Shown piece by piece: positions 61,906 through 64,000 of a stretch of 64,000 nt of DNA. A program made the position numbers and the translations under genes. Source of the DNA: Octopus sinensis (lineage: Eukaryota). Under the pieces are notes generated by a model. The model ran no database searches, had not been told where the DNA came from, and was given only the letters and a program-made list of their open reading frames with translations. Every line of letters starts with the position of its first letter. Position 1 is the first letter of the stretch. The DNA lies in the NCBI RefSeq assembly GCF_006345805.1, contig NC_043007.1, positions 30,938,001 to 31,002,000 on the forward strand, written 5' to 3'.

Positions 61906-62425
61906 GTGCGTGGATTAGTGGTTAGGGTGTCAGCATCATAATCGTAAGATTGTGGTTTCGATTCCTGGACCGGGCGACGCGTTGTGTTCTTGAGCAAAAC
62001 ACTTCATTTCACGTTGCTCCAGTCCACTCAGCTGGCAAAAATTAGTAACGCTGCGATGGACTGGCGTCCCGTCCGGCTGGGGAACACATATGCCATAGAA
62101 ACTGGGAAAATGCGCCCATGAGCCTGGCTAGGCTTTAAAAGGATGCATTTATTTTAGTGGAGGCACAAGGCCTAGTGGTTAGAGCAGCGGACTTGTGGTC
62201 GAGGGATCGCGGGTTCGAATCTCAGACCAGGCGATTTGTGTGTTTATGAGCGAAACACCTAAGTTCCATGCGCCTCTGACAGAAGGTAATGGCGAACTTC
62301 TGCTGACTCTTTCCTCCTGCATCTTGCAGATCACCTGTGACGGACTGGCGTCCCATCCAGGTGGGGAACCTATACACCAAGGAAACCAGCCCTTATGAGC
62401 CAGGCATGGCTCGAGAAGGGAAAAA
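61906..62425 (+). mobile_element. Two adjacent tRNA-derived SINEs (family C and a relative)
   Basis: Heads gcgtggattagtggttagggtg...ggtttcgattcc and ggcctagtggttagagcagcggac...gggttcgaatc, sharing a gatggactggcgtccc tail. Confidence 0.8.
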
Positions 62426-62744
62426 AAGAACCAAATTTAATGAACATAATCTATAACTGAATTAATATCATATTTAAGTCCAAAAAATAAAAATACCTGT
62501 GAAAATATTTTGTAATTGTGAATTGTTGGAAATATATATTTTTTTCATTTTGGACGTAACTTCATCCACGTAACTTATTTTCAACGATAAAACAACAGAT
62601 GCACAAATACTTGGGACCAGTAAGATCAAAACGCCAAAAAAACGGTAGCAAGGTAATCTTGGTTCAGCATTCATGTTGTTTAATTGTATTATTTTTTTCA
62701 GATTAACATAATAAGATATTAATAATAATAATAATAATAATCAT

Positions 62745-63190
62745 AATGGTTTGAAATTTTGCCACAAGGGCATCAATTTTCGGGGAGGGGACAAGTCGAT
62801 TACATCGACCCCCAGTGCTCAGCTGGTACTTATTTTATTGACCCAGAAAGGATGAAAGGCAAAGTCGACCTCGGCAGAATTTGAACTCAGAACGTGAAGA
62901 TGGATGAAATGCTGCTAAGCGTTCTGTTCAGTGTGCTTCTGGTTCTGCCAGCTTGCTGCCTTCATATAATAATAATAATAATAATAATAATAGTGATTTC
63001 CAATTCTGGCTCAAGGCCAGCAATTTCAAGGGAGAGGGTAAGTTGACTGCATTGGCCCCGGCGTTCAGTCAATCTTGAAAGGATGAAAGGTAAAGTTGAC
63101 CTTGGCAGAATTTTAACCCAGAAAATGAAAATGGGCAAAATACCTCTAAGCATTTTGCCTGGCATACTAACTGTTCTGTCAGCTCACCAT
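62745..63190 (-). mobile_element. Two family B SINEs separated by (AAT)n
   Basis: Two gaaaggatgaaaggcaaagtcgac modules, each with head and tail. Confidence 0.75.
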
Positions 63191-63653
63191 CTTAATAATA
63201 ATAACAATAATAATGTACCCTTATCAGACAGGTAGTCATGATGGGTATACTGGGCTTCGTATATTTTACCTCAGTGTCACTTTGATGGCTTGTACTGCTC
63301 TCTCATTCAATGATAATAATAATAATAATAATAATGATTTCTTTATTAACCACAAGGGTTTACGCTAAGAAAAACATTATGGACCGTACAGAACAAAACA
63401 AAGAATGTGTGTGAGTGTGTTGTGAGGGTTTTGCGTGTAAACCAGACTAAGAAAAAAGAAAGAAATCAGCAATATGTAATCCTCATTAGGGAGGAGACAC
63501 TCAATGGCTGCCCATAGAAAAACCGTAATAAAAAAAAAAACCATGGGTGCCCTGACTTTCGGGGCAGGTGCCTTTTTTGCAACTACAGGTATATGCTCAG
63601 GGCAGGACCTTTCACTTGCATCATTCTCACCACTTTCATCAACAATATTATTA

Positions 63654-64000
63654 GGAGTGGCTGTGTGGCAAGTAGCTTGCTTACCAACCACATGGTTCCA
63701 GGTTCAGTCCCACTGCGTGGCACCTTGAGCAAGTGTCTTCTACTATAGCCTTGGGCCGACCAAAGCCTTGTGAGTGGATTTGGTAGACGGAAACTGAAAG
63801 AAGCCCGTCGTGTGTTTGTGTGTGTGTGTGTGTGTCTGTGTTTGTTCCCCCAACATTGCTTGACAACCAATGCTTTTGTGTTTACATCCCCGTAACTTAG
63901 GGGTTCGGAAAAAGAGACCAATAGAATAAGTACTAGGCTTACAAAGAATAAGTCCTGGGGTCAATTTACTCGACTAAAGGCGGTGCTCCAGCATGGCTAC
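63654..64000 (+). mobile_element. Family A SINE running off the window end
   Basis: ggagtggctgtgtggcaagtagcttgc head through ctccagcatgg. Confidence 0.9.

Noticed and set aside
62158-62235. tRNA-like sequence as a real tRNA gene
   Set aside because: It has A and B boxes but no proper acceptor stem and continues into a SINE body. The same applies to the heads of families A, B, C and E.
4495-64000. Many 60-190 aa ORFs with words such as YQIHSQGFG, LQLDALPNANHS or CVCVCV
   Set aside because: They are recurrent translations of SINE families A and D and of microsatellites, not genes.
60764-64000. KIF16B exon 3
   Set aside because: No segment encoding the expected K.F.(F/Y)D.S motif with splice sites was found; it presumably lies beyond the window.

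Overview
AT-rich, intron- and repeat-dense animal DNA. The SINE families look like those of Octopus (inference from recalled repeat sequences, not a search). I could reconstruct four protein-coding genes by hand: (1) the last exon of ribokinase RBKS (+, 1263-1439); (2) a complete 7-exon BPNT1 (+, 5824-22625, 310 aa); (3) a 4-exon, 152-aa RING (C3HC4) + TRAF-type zinc-finger gene on the minus strand (30348-26492), none of whose spliced reading frame appears in the ORF track; (4) the first two coding exons of kinesin-3 KIF16B (+, 39195-39241 and 60694-60763), joined by a 21.4-kb GC-AG intron. The rest is tRNA-derived SINEs (working names A, B, C, E), an RTE-tailed repeat (family D), LINE relics (RTE, CR1, Tx1, Penelope-like), Helentron-like elements, MITEs, a decayed DDE transposase, microsatellites and a 62-bp minisatellite. 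The most notable signal is family E, a tRNA-headed SINE whose tail consensus is a minimal type I hammerhead ribozyme. It occurs twice as head-to-head inverted pairs, one inside a single 12-bp target-site duplication. Penelope RT and GIY-YIG relics in the same window are candidate mobilisers. Repeat boundaries were read by eye and are approximate.
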